NCBI GenBank assembly: GCA_963790305.1
Contig: CAWBOC010000013.1
Coordinates: 64,001-128,000 of the forward strand
Direction: 5' to 3'
Source: an uncultured Gemmatimonadaceae bacterium
Lineage (GTDB): Bacteria; Gemmatimonadota; Gemmatimonadetes; Gemmatimonadales; Gemmatimonadaceae
Length of the DNA stretch: 64,000 bases
Part shown: piece by piece, positions 1 through 9,346 of the stretch
Layout: every line of letters begins with the position of its first letter
How positions within the stretch are numbered: position 1 is the stretch's first letter
Made by a program: the position numbers and the translations under genes
The notes under the pieces: generated by a model
Database searches by the model: none
What the model was told of the DNA's origin: nothing
What the model saw: only the letters and a program-made list of their open reading frames with translations

Positions 1-12
1 GCGGAAAGGCTG

Positions 13-1395
13 ATGCGCGAGCATGTGACGCAGGCGGCGTATCTGGCCGCCTCGCTGCTCTTCATCCTCGGCCTCCGGAGCCTCAGCTCGCCGGCGAAAG
101 CACGCCGTGGCATGCAGCAGGCGGCGCTCGGGATGCTGCTGGCCGTCATCGGGACGCTGGTCCAGCAGGAGATCGTGCGGTACGAGTGGATCGCGGGCGG
201 ATTGATCGTGGGCTCGATCATCGGCGCCGCGATGGCGATCTACATGCCGATGACGGCGATGCCGCAGCGGATCGCGGTGTCGCACTCGTTAGGAGCCGTC
301 GCGGCGACGCTCGTCGGCGTCATCGAGTACTATCGTCACAGCGCGGACGTCGGGCGCGGCAAGATGATCGCGCTCGGATTCGAGGTCCTGTTCGGCGCGT
401 TGACGGTGACGGGGAGCCTCATGGCGTTCGGGAAGCTGCAAGAGGTACTCCCGACGCGACCGATCACGTACCGCTTTCAAAACTTCTTCAACCTTGCGCT
501 GTTCGCGATCGCCATCGGGTTGTTCGGTTGGCTCATCTACGACGCGTCGAATCCCATCGTGTTCTACACGATGCTGACACTCGGCGCAGTGCTCGGCGTG
601 CTCATGGTGCTCCCGATCGGCGGTGCGGACATGCCGGTCGTTCTGTCTCTGCTCAACTCATATGCGGGCCTCGCCTCCGCCGCGACGGGATTCGCACTCA
701 ACAACAACGTGCTGATCATTGCCGGAGCGCTCGACGGGACCTCCGGATTCCTGCTCTCGATGCTCATGAGCAAGGCGATGAACCGGTCGTTCGCGAACGT
801 GCTGTTCGGCGCGTTCGGCGCCGCGCCGGCGGGCGGCCCGACGGCCACCAGTGTCGCAGGCCTTACCGTGCGATCGCTGAGCCCCGAGGACGCAGCCGCG
901 CAGATCGCGTATGCGCGCACGCTGATCGTCGTGCCGGGGTATGGGATGGCCGTCGCTCAGGCACAGCGGGAGGTGCGAGAGCTTGCCGACATCGTCACGA
1001 AGAAGGGCGGGGACGTGAAGTACGCCATTCATCCGGTCGCCGGCCGCATGCCCGGCCACATGAACGTACTGCTGGCGGAGGCGGACGTGCCGTACGAGCA
1101 GCTCTACGACATGGAGGCGATCAACGATCATTTCGAGCGCACCGACGTCGCGCTCGTCGTCGGGGCCAACGACGTCGTCAATCCCGCGGCACGCAGTGAC
1201 CGCGGAAGCCCGATCTATGGAATGCCGATCCTCAACGTGGATCGCGCGAAGAGTGTCATCGTTCTCAAGCGCAGCATGAACCCCGGCTTCGCCGGTATCG
1301 AGAACGAGCTCTTCTACAAACCCCAGACGGCCATGGTGTTCGGCGATGCGAGGACGACGCTCAAGCAGCTCGTCCAGGCGGCGAAGGATCTGTAG
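13..1395 (+). CDS. pntB: NAD(P) transhydrogenase subunit beta
   Basis: 460-aa ORF; hydrophobic N-terminal half with IGGADMPVVLSLLNSYAG; dIII motifs PGYGMAVAQAQ, HPVAGRMPGHMNVLLAEA, GANDVVNPAA. Confidence 0.97.
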   Translation: MREHVTQAAYLAASLLFILGLRSLSSPAKARRGMQQAALGMLLAVIGTLVQQEIVRYEWIAGGLIVGSIIGAAMAIYMPMTAMPQRIAVSHSLGAVAATLVGVIEYYRHSADVGRGKMIALGFEVLFGALTVTGSLMAFGKLQEVLPTRPITYRFQNFFNLALFAIAIGLFGWLIYDASNPIVFYTMLTLGAVLGVLMVLPIGGADMPVVLSLLNSYAGLASAATGFALNNNVLIIAGALDGTSGFLLSMLMSKAMNRSFANVLFGAFGAAPAGGPTATSVAGLTVRSLSPEDAAAQIAYARTLIVVPGYGMAVAQAQREVRELADIVTKKGGDVKYAIHPVAGRMPGHMNVLLAEADVPYEQLYDMEAINDHFERTDVALVVGANDVVNPAARSDRGSPIYGMPILNVDRAKSVIVLKRSMNPGFAGIENELFYKPQTAMVFGDARTTLKQLVQAAKDL

Positions 1396-1401
1396 GCCTC
1401 C

Positions 1402-2331
1402 TCAGGCACCGACGCCGAGGTAGCGCAGGGCGCCGCGGACGGCGCCGCGCACCGGAACCACCTCCTCGGGGCGGAGCTGGGCACCGGGGACCGCGCTCTT
1501 CATGCGGTGCTCCACCCGCTTGCGAAGTGGCGCCCCCGGAGCGAGCAGGCCACCGGCGAAAGCGACCGGGACGCTGGCCCGCTCATCACCGAAAAGCTGG
1601 CGCGCCAACGTCCGGACGTGCAGCACGAGCTCTTCCGACGCCATGCTCAGGAGCGAGTTGGCGCGCAGGTCGCCCGCATCGGCAACGCTTGCGACTACAG
1701 GCGCGAGCGTCGCGAGATCCGCCGGCGTCGCCATCCCCGCCCAGGCTACGAGTCCGTGAACATCGTTCACCTGCGCCGCGGTGAGGATTGCGCCGACGAG
1801 CGCCGTGGTAGGCTCCCGCTCGTCCGACGATGCAGTGGCGATCGAGAGTGCCCGCCGGCCGATCCACGCGCCGCTCCCCTCGTCGCCGCACACCGGACCC
1901 CACCCGCCGCACCGTGACGTCGCGCCGGTTGGGCTCCGCCCAAAAGCGACGGAGCCCGTGCCTGCAATGAGCAGGATGCCGGCGCCGTCCCCGAATGCAT
2001 CGTCGAGCGCGATGGCCGCGTCAGCGTGCACCACGACCTCATCGGCCACGTCGCGCGACACGAGCGCCTGCCACAACGCCTGTCGCTCGGGCTCGCGGCC
2101 CACTCCCGCAACCCCAACGCAGAGCACCTTCGGTGTCACGTGCGTCATGTCGCACGACGCGAGAGCGTCGCGTGTCGTCGCGACGATCACCTCTGCCGAG
2201 CGATCGACATCGCCAGGTCGAACCGCGCTCCCCGGGCCTTCGGCGCTCCCCAGCTGGTGACCACGCTCGTCAGCGACCCAGATGCGCGTTCGGGTTCCCC
2301 CTCCGTCGACACCGACGACGACGGCGCTCAT
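1402..2331 (-). CDS. BadF/BadG/BcrA/BcrD-type sugar kinase (GlcNAc/MurNAc kinase-like)
   Basis: Start reassigned to MSAVVVGVDGGGTRTR (ATG overlapping the upstream stop); motifs IAGTGS and GGWGPVCGDEGSG; amino-sugar gene context. Confidence 0.85.
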   Translation of the reverse strand: MSAVVVGVDGGGTRTRIWVADERGHQLGSAEGPGSAVRPGDVDRSAEVIVATTRDALASCDMTHVTPKVLCVGVAGVGREPERQALWQALVSRDVADEVVVHADAAIALDDAFGDGAGILLIAGTGSVAFGRSPTGATSRCGGWGPVCGDEGSGAWIGRRALSIATASSDEREPTTALVGAILTAAQVNDVHGLVAWAGMATPADLATLAPVVASVADAGDLRANSLLSMASEELVLHVRTLARQLFGDERASVPVAFAGGLLAPGAPLRKRVEHRMKSAVPGAQLRPEEVVPVRGAVRGALRYLGVGA

Positions 2332-3854
2332 CCGCGCGCCTCCACGGTCTCGCGGGACGGCGCTGGATGCGTGTACGAGGAGAGAATGCCCACGATCATG
2401 GTGATGGTCGTTCCGATGAGCACGTACCAGGGCCAGGCAATGCGGCCGAGCGGAGCAAGCGTGTCCGCGAATCCAGGATACGCCGATGAGAGCGGCTTCG
2501 CGAAGACGACCAACGTCATTGCCGCAATTCCGACGGCCATGCCGAGAACCGCATCGCGCTGAATCGCGCGACGCCAGAGCATGCCGAGAAAGAAGCCCCC
2601 AAGCAACCCGCCGTAGGTGAACGAGGCGACGGAGAGCGCGACGACCACGACCGGCGTACCCTGCGCGCGGTAGAGCAGCGCGCCGCCGACGAGGATCACG
2701 GCCCACACCAGCGTGAAGAGCTTCCCAATGCGGAGCACGCCGGGATCATCGGCGCGGCGCCCCGTGAGGGGCAGGTAAATGTCGTGTGTGGTCGCCGCCG
2801 ACAGTGAATTCAGCGCCCCGGATACCGTGCTCATGGCGGCCGCGAGAATGGCGGCGATCACGAGACCGGTGAGCCCGGGAGGCATCGCCTCGACGATGAA
2901 GCGTGGGAAGATCTCGTCGGGACGCTGGAACGTCTGGCCGCGGTAGTACGCGAACAGCCCAATGCCGATGAATAGAAAGAGAATGAACTGGGCAATGACG
3001 GCGATGCCGCTGCCGATGAGCGCTCGCCGAGCGTCGCGGAGCGACGAGGACGCCAGGAGACGTTGCACGATCAGCTGATCGGCGCCGTGAGAAGCCATGG
3101 AGAGGAACGCACCGCCGATGAGTCCCGCCCATAACGTGTGTGCGCGGTCGACTCCGGTGTACGTGTCGATCACCCTCAGCTTCCCTTGCGCGGCGGCGCT
3201 GTCGAGAATCGCGCTCCAGCCGCCTTCCACACCCTTGCCAAGAAGCCAGAGTGCCGCAATACCCCCGAACAAATAGACGAACGTCTGCAGCACGTCCGTC
3301 CACACCACGGCGCGCATTCCGCCATGATAGGTGTAAATGATCGTGAAGACGCCGAGGATGAGAATGGAAACTGGCGTGAGGTACTTCGGGTCGATCACCG
3401 GTCCGATGATGAGCGCGATCGGAATGGCGGTCGCGAAAACTCGGACCGAATCCCCAAAGGCGCGCGTCACCATGAAGATGATCGAGGCGAAGCGCCGCGT
3501 CGCGACTCCGAACCGTCGCTGGAGCAGTGCATACGCCGTGACGAGCTCGCCCTGGTAGTACCGAGGAAGCAGCGTATACGCGATGATGATGCGCCCGATC
3601 AGGTAGCCCAACGCCACCTGGAGGAAGCTCAGATCAGCGAGGTATGCCAGTCCCGGAATGCTGATGAAGGTCAGCGCGCTCGTCTCGGTCGCGACGACGG
3701 AGAAGAGGATCGCCCACCAGGGGATGGCGCGGTCGGCGACGAAGTAGTCGCGCGCGTCCTTCTGATCGCGCCCCAGCCACATGCCGAGCGCGGTGGTGCC
3801 GACGAGGTACGCGACCAGCACCGCCGCGTCGAGCAGCGTGAACGTGGATGTCAT
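2328..3854 (-). CDS. Sodium:solute symporter (SSS family)
   Basis: 508-aa multi-TM ORF; YFVADRAIPWWAILFSVVATETSALTF, GGMRAVVWTDVLQ, AAAMST motifs. Confidence 0.92.
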   Translation of the reverse strand: MTSTFTLLDAAVLVAYLVGTTALGMWLGRDQKDARDYFVADRAIPWWAILFSVVATETSALTFISIPGLAYLADLSFLQVALGYLIGRIIIAYTLLPRYYQGELVTAYALLQRRFGVATRRFASIIFMVTRAFGDSVRVFATAIPIALIIGPVIDPKYLTPVSILILGVFTIIYTYHGGMRAVVWTDVLQTFVYLFGGIAALWLLGKGVEGGWSAILDSAAAQGKLRVIDTYTGVDRAHTLWAGLIGGAFLSMASHGADQLIVQRLLASSSLRDARRALIGSGIAVIAQFILFLFIGIGLFAYYRGQTFQRPDEIFPRFIVEAMPPGLTGLVIAAILAAAMSTVSGALNSLSAATTHDIYLPLTGRRADDPGVLRIGKLFTLVWAVILVGGALLYRAQGTPVVVVALSVASFTYGGLLGGFFLGMLWRRAIQRDAVLGMAVGIAAMTLVVFAKPLSSAYPGFADTLAPLGRIAWPWYVLIGTTITMIVGILSSYTHPAPSRETVEARG

Positions 3855-3866
3855 GTGGCGAGGGGC

Positions 3867-5804
3867 TCAGTCGATGACGTACGCTTCCATCGCGAAGTAC
3901 TCGGCGAGGCCGAGCCGGTCGAGCGTCGCCGCTGTTTCCTTGTTGCGGGATTCGACCCGCTGCCAGAATTCCCGCTCGTCATGCGCGCCGGGGAAGGGAG
4001 CGGAATCCTTCTGCGATTGGTGCTTGAAGATCGCCTGAATCTTGAGCTTGAGCTCTTCCTGTGAAAGCGGGACGAGCCAGGTTGCGTCGGTGACGGGCCA
4101 TTCCTGCCAGGCGCCTCTGTAGAGCCAGATTTCTGGACGGGCGAATGCGGAATTCGGAATGCGGGAGGTCTTTTCCTCATTCACAGACTTCCGTGTTCCG
4201 GATTCCGCATTCGGACTCATTTCCTCCACCGCGCGATAAATCGCCTCCTTGCACATCCAATGCGTTCCGTGCGGATCGGAAAGATCCCCCGCCACGAAGA
4301 TCAGCTCGGGGCGGAGCTCCTCCAGGAGATCACGCACGATGGCGACGTCGGCCGGCCCAATCGGATCCTTGCGGACTTTCCCGGTCTGATAGAACGGGAG
4401 ATTGAGAAACCGCGCCGCCGCCGCCGTCATGCCGAGCGTCTCAATGCCGCTCACCGCCTCCGTCTCGCGGATGATGCGCTTGATGTCCTGTACCTCGGGG
4501 ATGTCGACATCGCCGGGGCGCTTCGAGGCGAGGAAGTCGTAGACGCGCTTCGCCAAGCCCGAAACCTCGGACTTCCCGATCTCCCGGTCGTGGTCCAGAC
4601 GGACGAGAAAGTCAACGTACCGCCGCACGTCATGGTCGAATACGGCGATGTTGCCACTCGTCATGTACGCGACGACGATCTCGTTCTTGTTCTCGACCAG
4701 CTTGCGCAGGATGCCGCCCATCGAGATGACGTCGTCGTCCGGGTGCGGCGAGAACACGATGATGCGCGTGTCGCGAGGCAGCTTCGACTTTCCGCGAATC
4801 TTGGCGCCGAGCATGTTGAACACCTCGCCATTGGCGGTGCCCGGCGACCCAAAGCGCGCCACCAGCGACGACAGCTTGTGCTCCGCGTAGTCGCGCTGCG
4901 TCAGCTTCAGGATCGCCTTGCCGGTCTGCTGCGAAAGCCAGACGACGGCGCGAACGGCGAGCTGCGGGGTCCACTGCACCTCGTCGTGCAGCCACGGCGT
5001 GGCGAATCGCGTGAGATCGGCGGCCGCGGCGCGATCGATGTAGAACGTGGTGTTCGGATGCTGCTGCAGGAACGTCGCGGCCACTTCGACATCGACCTCG
5101 CCTTCCACGGCACGCCGGACGATCCCCGCCTTGTGCTCGCCCGTTGCGAGAATGATGATCTCGCGCGCGTCGAGGATGGTTGCGACGCCCATCGTCAGTG
5201 CCTCACGAGGGACGTATTCCTCGCCAAAAAAGTCAGCCGCCGCGTCCTGGCGTGTAACGTTGTCGAGGTGCACGGGTCGCGTGCGACTCTCCACGCCCGA
5301 GCCCGGCTCATTGAAGCCGATATGCCCGGTTTTTCCGATTCCGAGGAGCTGGAGGTCAATGCCCCCCGCTTGACGAATCGCCTCCTCGTACCGAAGGCAC
5401 TCCAGCTCGATGTCTTCGAGTGGTGTATCGCCGCGCGGGATGTGGACGTGCTCGCGCCTGATGTCGACGTGTGCGAAAAAGTTCTCCCACATGAACCGGT
5501 GGTAGCTGTGAATGCTGTCCGACCGCATGGGATAGTACTCATCGAGATTGAACGTCACGACGTCGGCGAACGAGAGCCCTTCATCCCGGTGCATGCGAAT
5601 GAGCTCGCGGTACACTCCGATCGGAGTGGAGCCGGTTGCCAGGCCGAGGACCGCCTGCTCGCCGCCCGCCTCCTTCTCTCGAATCAGCGTCGCGATGCGA
5701 GACGCCACCAGCCGCGCGATGTCATCGTGCTCTTCGACGACAACGGTGCGAATGCGCTCGAGGGCGGCTGCCGCCTGCGAGATGCGAGAAGGCCCGCGAG
5801 TCAT
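3867..5804 (-). CDS. nagB: Glucosamine-6-phosphate deaminase fused to a PIG-L/LmbE-like C-terminal domain
   Basis: LGLATGSTP, TFNLDEY, GIGKTGHIGFNEPGS in the N-terminal domain; FSPHPDDDVISMGG and DPHGTH in the C-terminal domain; start taken at MTRGPSR. Confidence 0.92.
   Translation of the reverse strand: MTRGPSRISQAAAALERIRTVVVEEHDDIARLVASRIATLIREKEAGGEQAVLGLATGSTPIGVYRELIRMHRDEGLSFADVVTFNLDEYYPMRSDSIHSYHRFMWENFFAHVDIRREHVHIPRGDTPLEDIELECLRYEEAIRQAGGIDLQLLGIGKTGHIGFNEPGSGVESRTRPVHLDNVTRQDAAADFFGEEYVPREALTMGVATILDAREIIILATGEHKAGIVRRAVEGEVDVEVAATFLQQHPNTTFYIDRAAAADLTRFATPWLHDEVQWTPQLAVRAVVWLSQQTGKAILKLTQRDYAEHKLSSLVARFGSPGTANGEVFNMLGAKIRGKSKLPRDTRIIVFSPHPDDDVISMGGILRKLVENKNEIVVAYMTSGNIAVFDHDVRRYVDFLVRLDHDREIGKSEVSGLAKRVYDFLASKRPGDVDIPEVQDIKRIIRETEAVSGIETLGMTAAAARFLNLPFYQTGKVRKDPIGPADVAIVRDLLEELRPELIFVAGDLSDPHGTHWMCKEAIYRAVEEMSPNAESGTRKSVNEEKTSRIPNSAFARPEIWLYRGAWQEWPVTDATWLVPLSQEELKLKIQAIFKHQSQKDSAPFPGAHDEREFWQRVESRNKETAATLDRLGLAEYFAMEAYVID
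4142..4213. repeat. Heptamer-based (GAATGCG/CGCATTC) imperfect inverted repeat, inserted in frame in nagB
   Basis: Arms cgaatgcggaattcggaatgcgggaggtct and agacttccgtgttccggattccgcattcg; 72 nt; related copies at 33073 and 34934. Confidence 0.8.
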
Positions 5805-5889
5805 GCGATGATCGCGGGCCTCCTGTGCGGTGCCGGCGTCGAGTCGCACGCCAGTATCCGTCCTCATTTGATCGGGGTGTGTGCCTGTC

Positions 5890-6246
5890 TCAGGCGTTGA
5901 ACGAGCTGCCGCACCCGCACCCGCCCGTGGCATTCGGATTCTTGAACGTGAACCCGGAGCCCTGCATCGACGAGACGTAGTCGATGGTGACGCCGTTGAG
6001 ATATTGAGCGGAGAAGGGATCCACGAACACCCGGATACCCTCCTGATCGATCACCAGATCGTCCTCGGCGGCCTTCTCCTCGATCAGCAGGCCGTACCGG
6101 AAGCCGCTGCACCCGCCTGGCTGTACGCTGACCCGGAGCCCGCCCTGCTCAAAGGGCACCCCTTCCTGCTCCATGAATCGCTTGACCTCGGTGGTCGCGA
6201 CCGTCGTTACGGTCACTGCGAGCATTGGTTGCTGCGTCGCGCTCAT
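5890..6246 (-). CDS. A-type iron-sulfur cluster carrier (IscA/ErpA/HesB family)
   Basis: 118 aa; GLRVSVQPGGCSG and FKNPNATGGCGCGSSF. Confidence 0.95.
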   Translation of the reverse strand: MSATQQPMLAVTVTTVATTEVKRFMEQEGVPFEQGGLRVSVQPGGCSGFRYGLLIEEKAAEDDLVIDQEGIRVFVDPFSAQYLNGVTIDYVSSMQGSGFTFKNPNATGGCGCGSSFNA

Positions 6247-6349
6247 GAGTCCCCTCTGTGGTAACGGCCGGGAACCGCCCCGGCACGGCTGACGAATAAT
6301 AGTCCCGGCGACAGCTAACTACAAGAATGACTCACGCATGGGGCGCGGG

Positions 6350-8155
6350 TCACGTCCTCCTCTCTTCTACTGCGACGGGCGTGCCGGGTTCCCGTTCGCC
6401 GCGAAATGACCGGGCGATCCACGCGAATGCGGCCGTGGCGATCCCAAGGAGCACGAATCCCGAAACGATCTCCCCGAACACCAGCTTGCCGATGCCGAAC
6501 AGCGTGCCGTAGACCGCCACGATCCCCGCCACCCAGTTGGACCACGCGCGCCCTCCGCCCGGGATGGACTCCCGCCCAAAACCAAGCCGCGTCGAGACGG
6601 CGCGCCATCCCGGACCGCCCGGTCGCACGCGCCGGTAGAACGAGTCCAGCACCGCGTCGGGTTCCGGCTTCGTCAGGAAGGTGACCGCCACCCAGACGAC
6701 AGTACTCACCGCCACGGTCACGAGCATGACCCAGGCGTCAGCGTTGGCCGTCCCGGCGAACCGCGTGGGCACCATTTGCATCGCGGCGACCGAGACCACG
6801 AAGGAGGTGATCATCGCGCTGATCTCCGACCACGCGTTGATGCGCCACCAGTACCAGCGGAGAATCAAAACCAGTCCTGTGCCGGCACCAATCGCCAGCA
6901 GAAAGGTCCACGCCCGTCCGATCGTTTGAATCTGCCAGGTTACCAGAATCGAGGCGAGGAACAGGAGGATCGTGGCGACCCGCGACACGTTCACGTAGTG
7001 CTTGTCGCTCGCGTCCTTTCGCATGAACCGCTTGTAGAAGTCGTTGACGAGGTACGACGCACCCCAGTTCAGCTGGGTCGCGATCGTCGACATGTACGCC
7101 GCGGCGAACCCGACCACCATGAGCCCTCGCCACCCCGAGGGCAGCAGATCGACGAACGCTCTGACGTAGCCATTCTCCTTCTCGGCCGGGCCGAGCTCCG
7201 GGTACAGGATGACCGTCGCGAGTGCGGTGACGATCCACGGCCACGGACGTAGCGCGTAATGCGCGACCTGGAAGAACAGCGTCGCGAGCACGCCGTCGCG
7301 CTCCGACCGCGCTGAGAAAATGCGTTGCGCGACGTAGCCACCGCCGCCGGGTTCCGCTCCCGGATACCACGCCGCCCACCACTGCACGAAAAAGAACACC
7401 GCGAGCGCCATAATCGGCATCCACGCGTAGTCGAGTATGGCGCCGTTCTCAATGCGAACGGGCAGTACCGAGAGCGCGGCCTGTTCACTTCCGAAATACG
7501 CGGAGGCCTTCGTCTTGAGCGCATCCATGCCGCCGACCGCGTCCACCGAATACACTGCCAGCACGATCACCGCGGTCATGGCGAGTCCGAACTGGATGAA
7601 GTCCGTCCAGAGGACAGCCCACAGCCCTGCCGCTACCGAGTATGCGACGGTGATCACGAAGCAGATCCCGACCGCGACGTAGGGCGACACGCCGAGCGAG
7701 ATCGACAGGATCTTGATCATCGCGGCGTTCACCCAGCCGAGGATGATCAGGTTGATCGGGAGCGCGAGGTACAGGGCGCGAAAGCCACGAAGAATCGCCG
7801 CGGGACTGCCGCTATACCGCACTTCCGCCAACTCGACGTCCGTGAGCACCTTCGCGCGGTGCCAGAGGCGTGCGAAAAAGAAGACGGTGAGCATCCCGCT
7901 CATGACGAAGCTCCACCACACCCAATTGCCCGCCACGCCGCGTGTCGCCACGAAGCCTGTGACCACGAGAGGAGTGTCGGCGGCGAAGGTCGTCGCCACC
8001 ATCGACACGCCAGCGAGCCACCAGGGCACAGACCGCCCCGATACGAAGTACTCACTGAGACTCGAGCCCCCTCGGCGCGTGAAGTACAGGCCGATGCCCG
8101 CGGACAACACGAAGTAGCCGACGATGATGGCCCAGTCGAGCAAGGTGAGTGTCAT
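6350..8155 (-). CDS. Sodium:solute symporter (SSS family)
   Basis: Start at MTLTLLDWAII overlapping the upstream stop; YFVSGRSVPWWLAGVSMVATTFAADTP; many TM segments. Confidence 0.92.
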   Translation of the reverse strand: MTLTLLDWAIIVGYFVLSAGIGLYFTRRGGSSLSEYFVSGRSVPWWLAGVSMVATTFAADTPLVVTGFVATRGVAGNWVWWSFVMSGMLTVFFFARLWHRAKVLTDVELAEVRYSGSPAAILRGFRALYLALPINLIILGWVNAAMIKILSISLGVSPYVAVGICFVITVAYSVAAGLWAVLWTDFIQFGLAMTAVIVLAVYSVDAVGGMDALKTKASAYFGSEQAALSVLPVRIENGAILDYAWMPIMALAVFFFVQWWAAWYPGAEPGGGGYVAQRIFSARSERDGVLATLFFQVAHYALRPWPWIVTALATVILYPELGPAEKENGYVRAFVDLLPSGWRGLMVVGFAAAYMSTIATQLNWGASYLVNDFYKRFMRKDASDKHYVNVSRVATILLFLASILVTWQIQTIGRAWTFLLAIGAGTGLVLILRWYWWRINAWSEISAMITSFVVSVAAMQMVPTRFAGTANADAWVMLVTVAVSTVVWVAVTFLTKPEPDAVLDSFYRRVRPGGPGWRAVSTRLGFGRESIPGGGRAWSNWVAGIVAVYGTLFGIGKLVFGEIVSGFVLLGIATAAFAWIARSFRGEREPGTPVAVEERRT

Positions 8156-9346
8156 GGCGAGCCAGGGCTGAGGGGAGCGGCCGAGCCAAGCGCCGCCATC
8201 ACGGCATCGGCGAGTGCGACACGAACCTGGCCGATCCGCGTGTTCTGACGGGAAGGATTTACACGGTTGGTCAGCAGGACGACGAACACCCCCGCCTCCG
8301 GGTCCATCCACAGCGAAGTCCCGGTGAATCCGGTGTGGCCAAAAGCGCGCGCCGACATACGCCGGCCGGCTGAGTTCTGGCCCGACGGGGTTTCCCAGCC
8401 AAGTGCGCGGTGCGAGAGCCCGGGATCTTGGACCGCAGTGAATTGCGCGATCGTCGATGCGCGAAGCACGCGAACCCCATCGAGCGTCCCCCCCGCCAGC
8501 ATCATCCGGGCGAAGCGCGAGAGATCGGCGGCGGTCGAGAACAGCCCTGCATGCCCGGAGACTCCGCCCAGCATGAACGCGTTCTCATCGTGCACCTCGC
8601 CCCGGATGTGCCGCTGGCGCCACGGATCGTACTCCGTTGGCGCGATGCGATCGCGCAGCGACGCGTCCGGCCGGTAGAGCGTCGAGGTCATGCCTAACGG
8701 CCCGAACACGTGACGGGCGAGATAGGCATCGAGCGCCTCGCCACTGACGCGCTCGACCACTTTGCCGAGGAGAATGGCGCCCAGGTCGCTATAGACCATG
8801 CGCGCGCCCGGAGCCGTATCGAGCGGCGTGGCGAAGACGATTGCCACCGCGGTGTCGGCCGCCGTCGCTTCCTTGTACAACGGCCGCCATGACGGCAATC
8901 CGGACGAGTGGGTGAGCAGGTGCCGGATGGTCACCCGCTCCTTTCCCTCGCCCGCGAACTCGGGAAGGTATCGTACGACCGGCGCATCGAGCTCCACGCG
9001 GTCCTGCTCGACGAGCTGCATCATGGCGGTCGTCATGCCGACGACCTTCGTGAGCGACGCCAGATCCCACAGGGTGCGCTCGTCAGGCGCCGGTGCATTT
9101 GCCGGCCAGTCGATCCTCCCCACCGCGTAGGAGGTCTGCCCGCCGTCGCGCGTACCGACGACGCCGATCGCGCCGGGAAACGCGCTGTCGGCGATCGCGC
9201 GATCGAGCACGCGGACGATGGCGTCGTGCACGACTCGCATGGGCGCTCTCTCCGGCTCGGGCGCGACGATCGGTCGCGTGGCGGGTGCGCAGGCGGAGAT
9301 GACGGCGAGGACGACCGAACATGGCGACCCAGCGCGGCAGGGTCAC
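8152..9346 (-). CDS. Serine hydrolase, beta-lactamase/class C family (AmiE-like), probable lipoprotein; frameshift near 9315
   Basis: SxxK (ASLTK), LLTHSSG, YSD and GHTGFTG motifs; upstream in-frame VLAVISAC lipobox joins a GTG at 9346 (overlapping the nagZ stop) across one indel. Confidence 0.85.
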
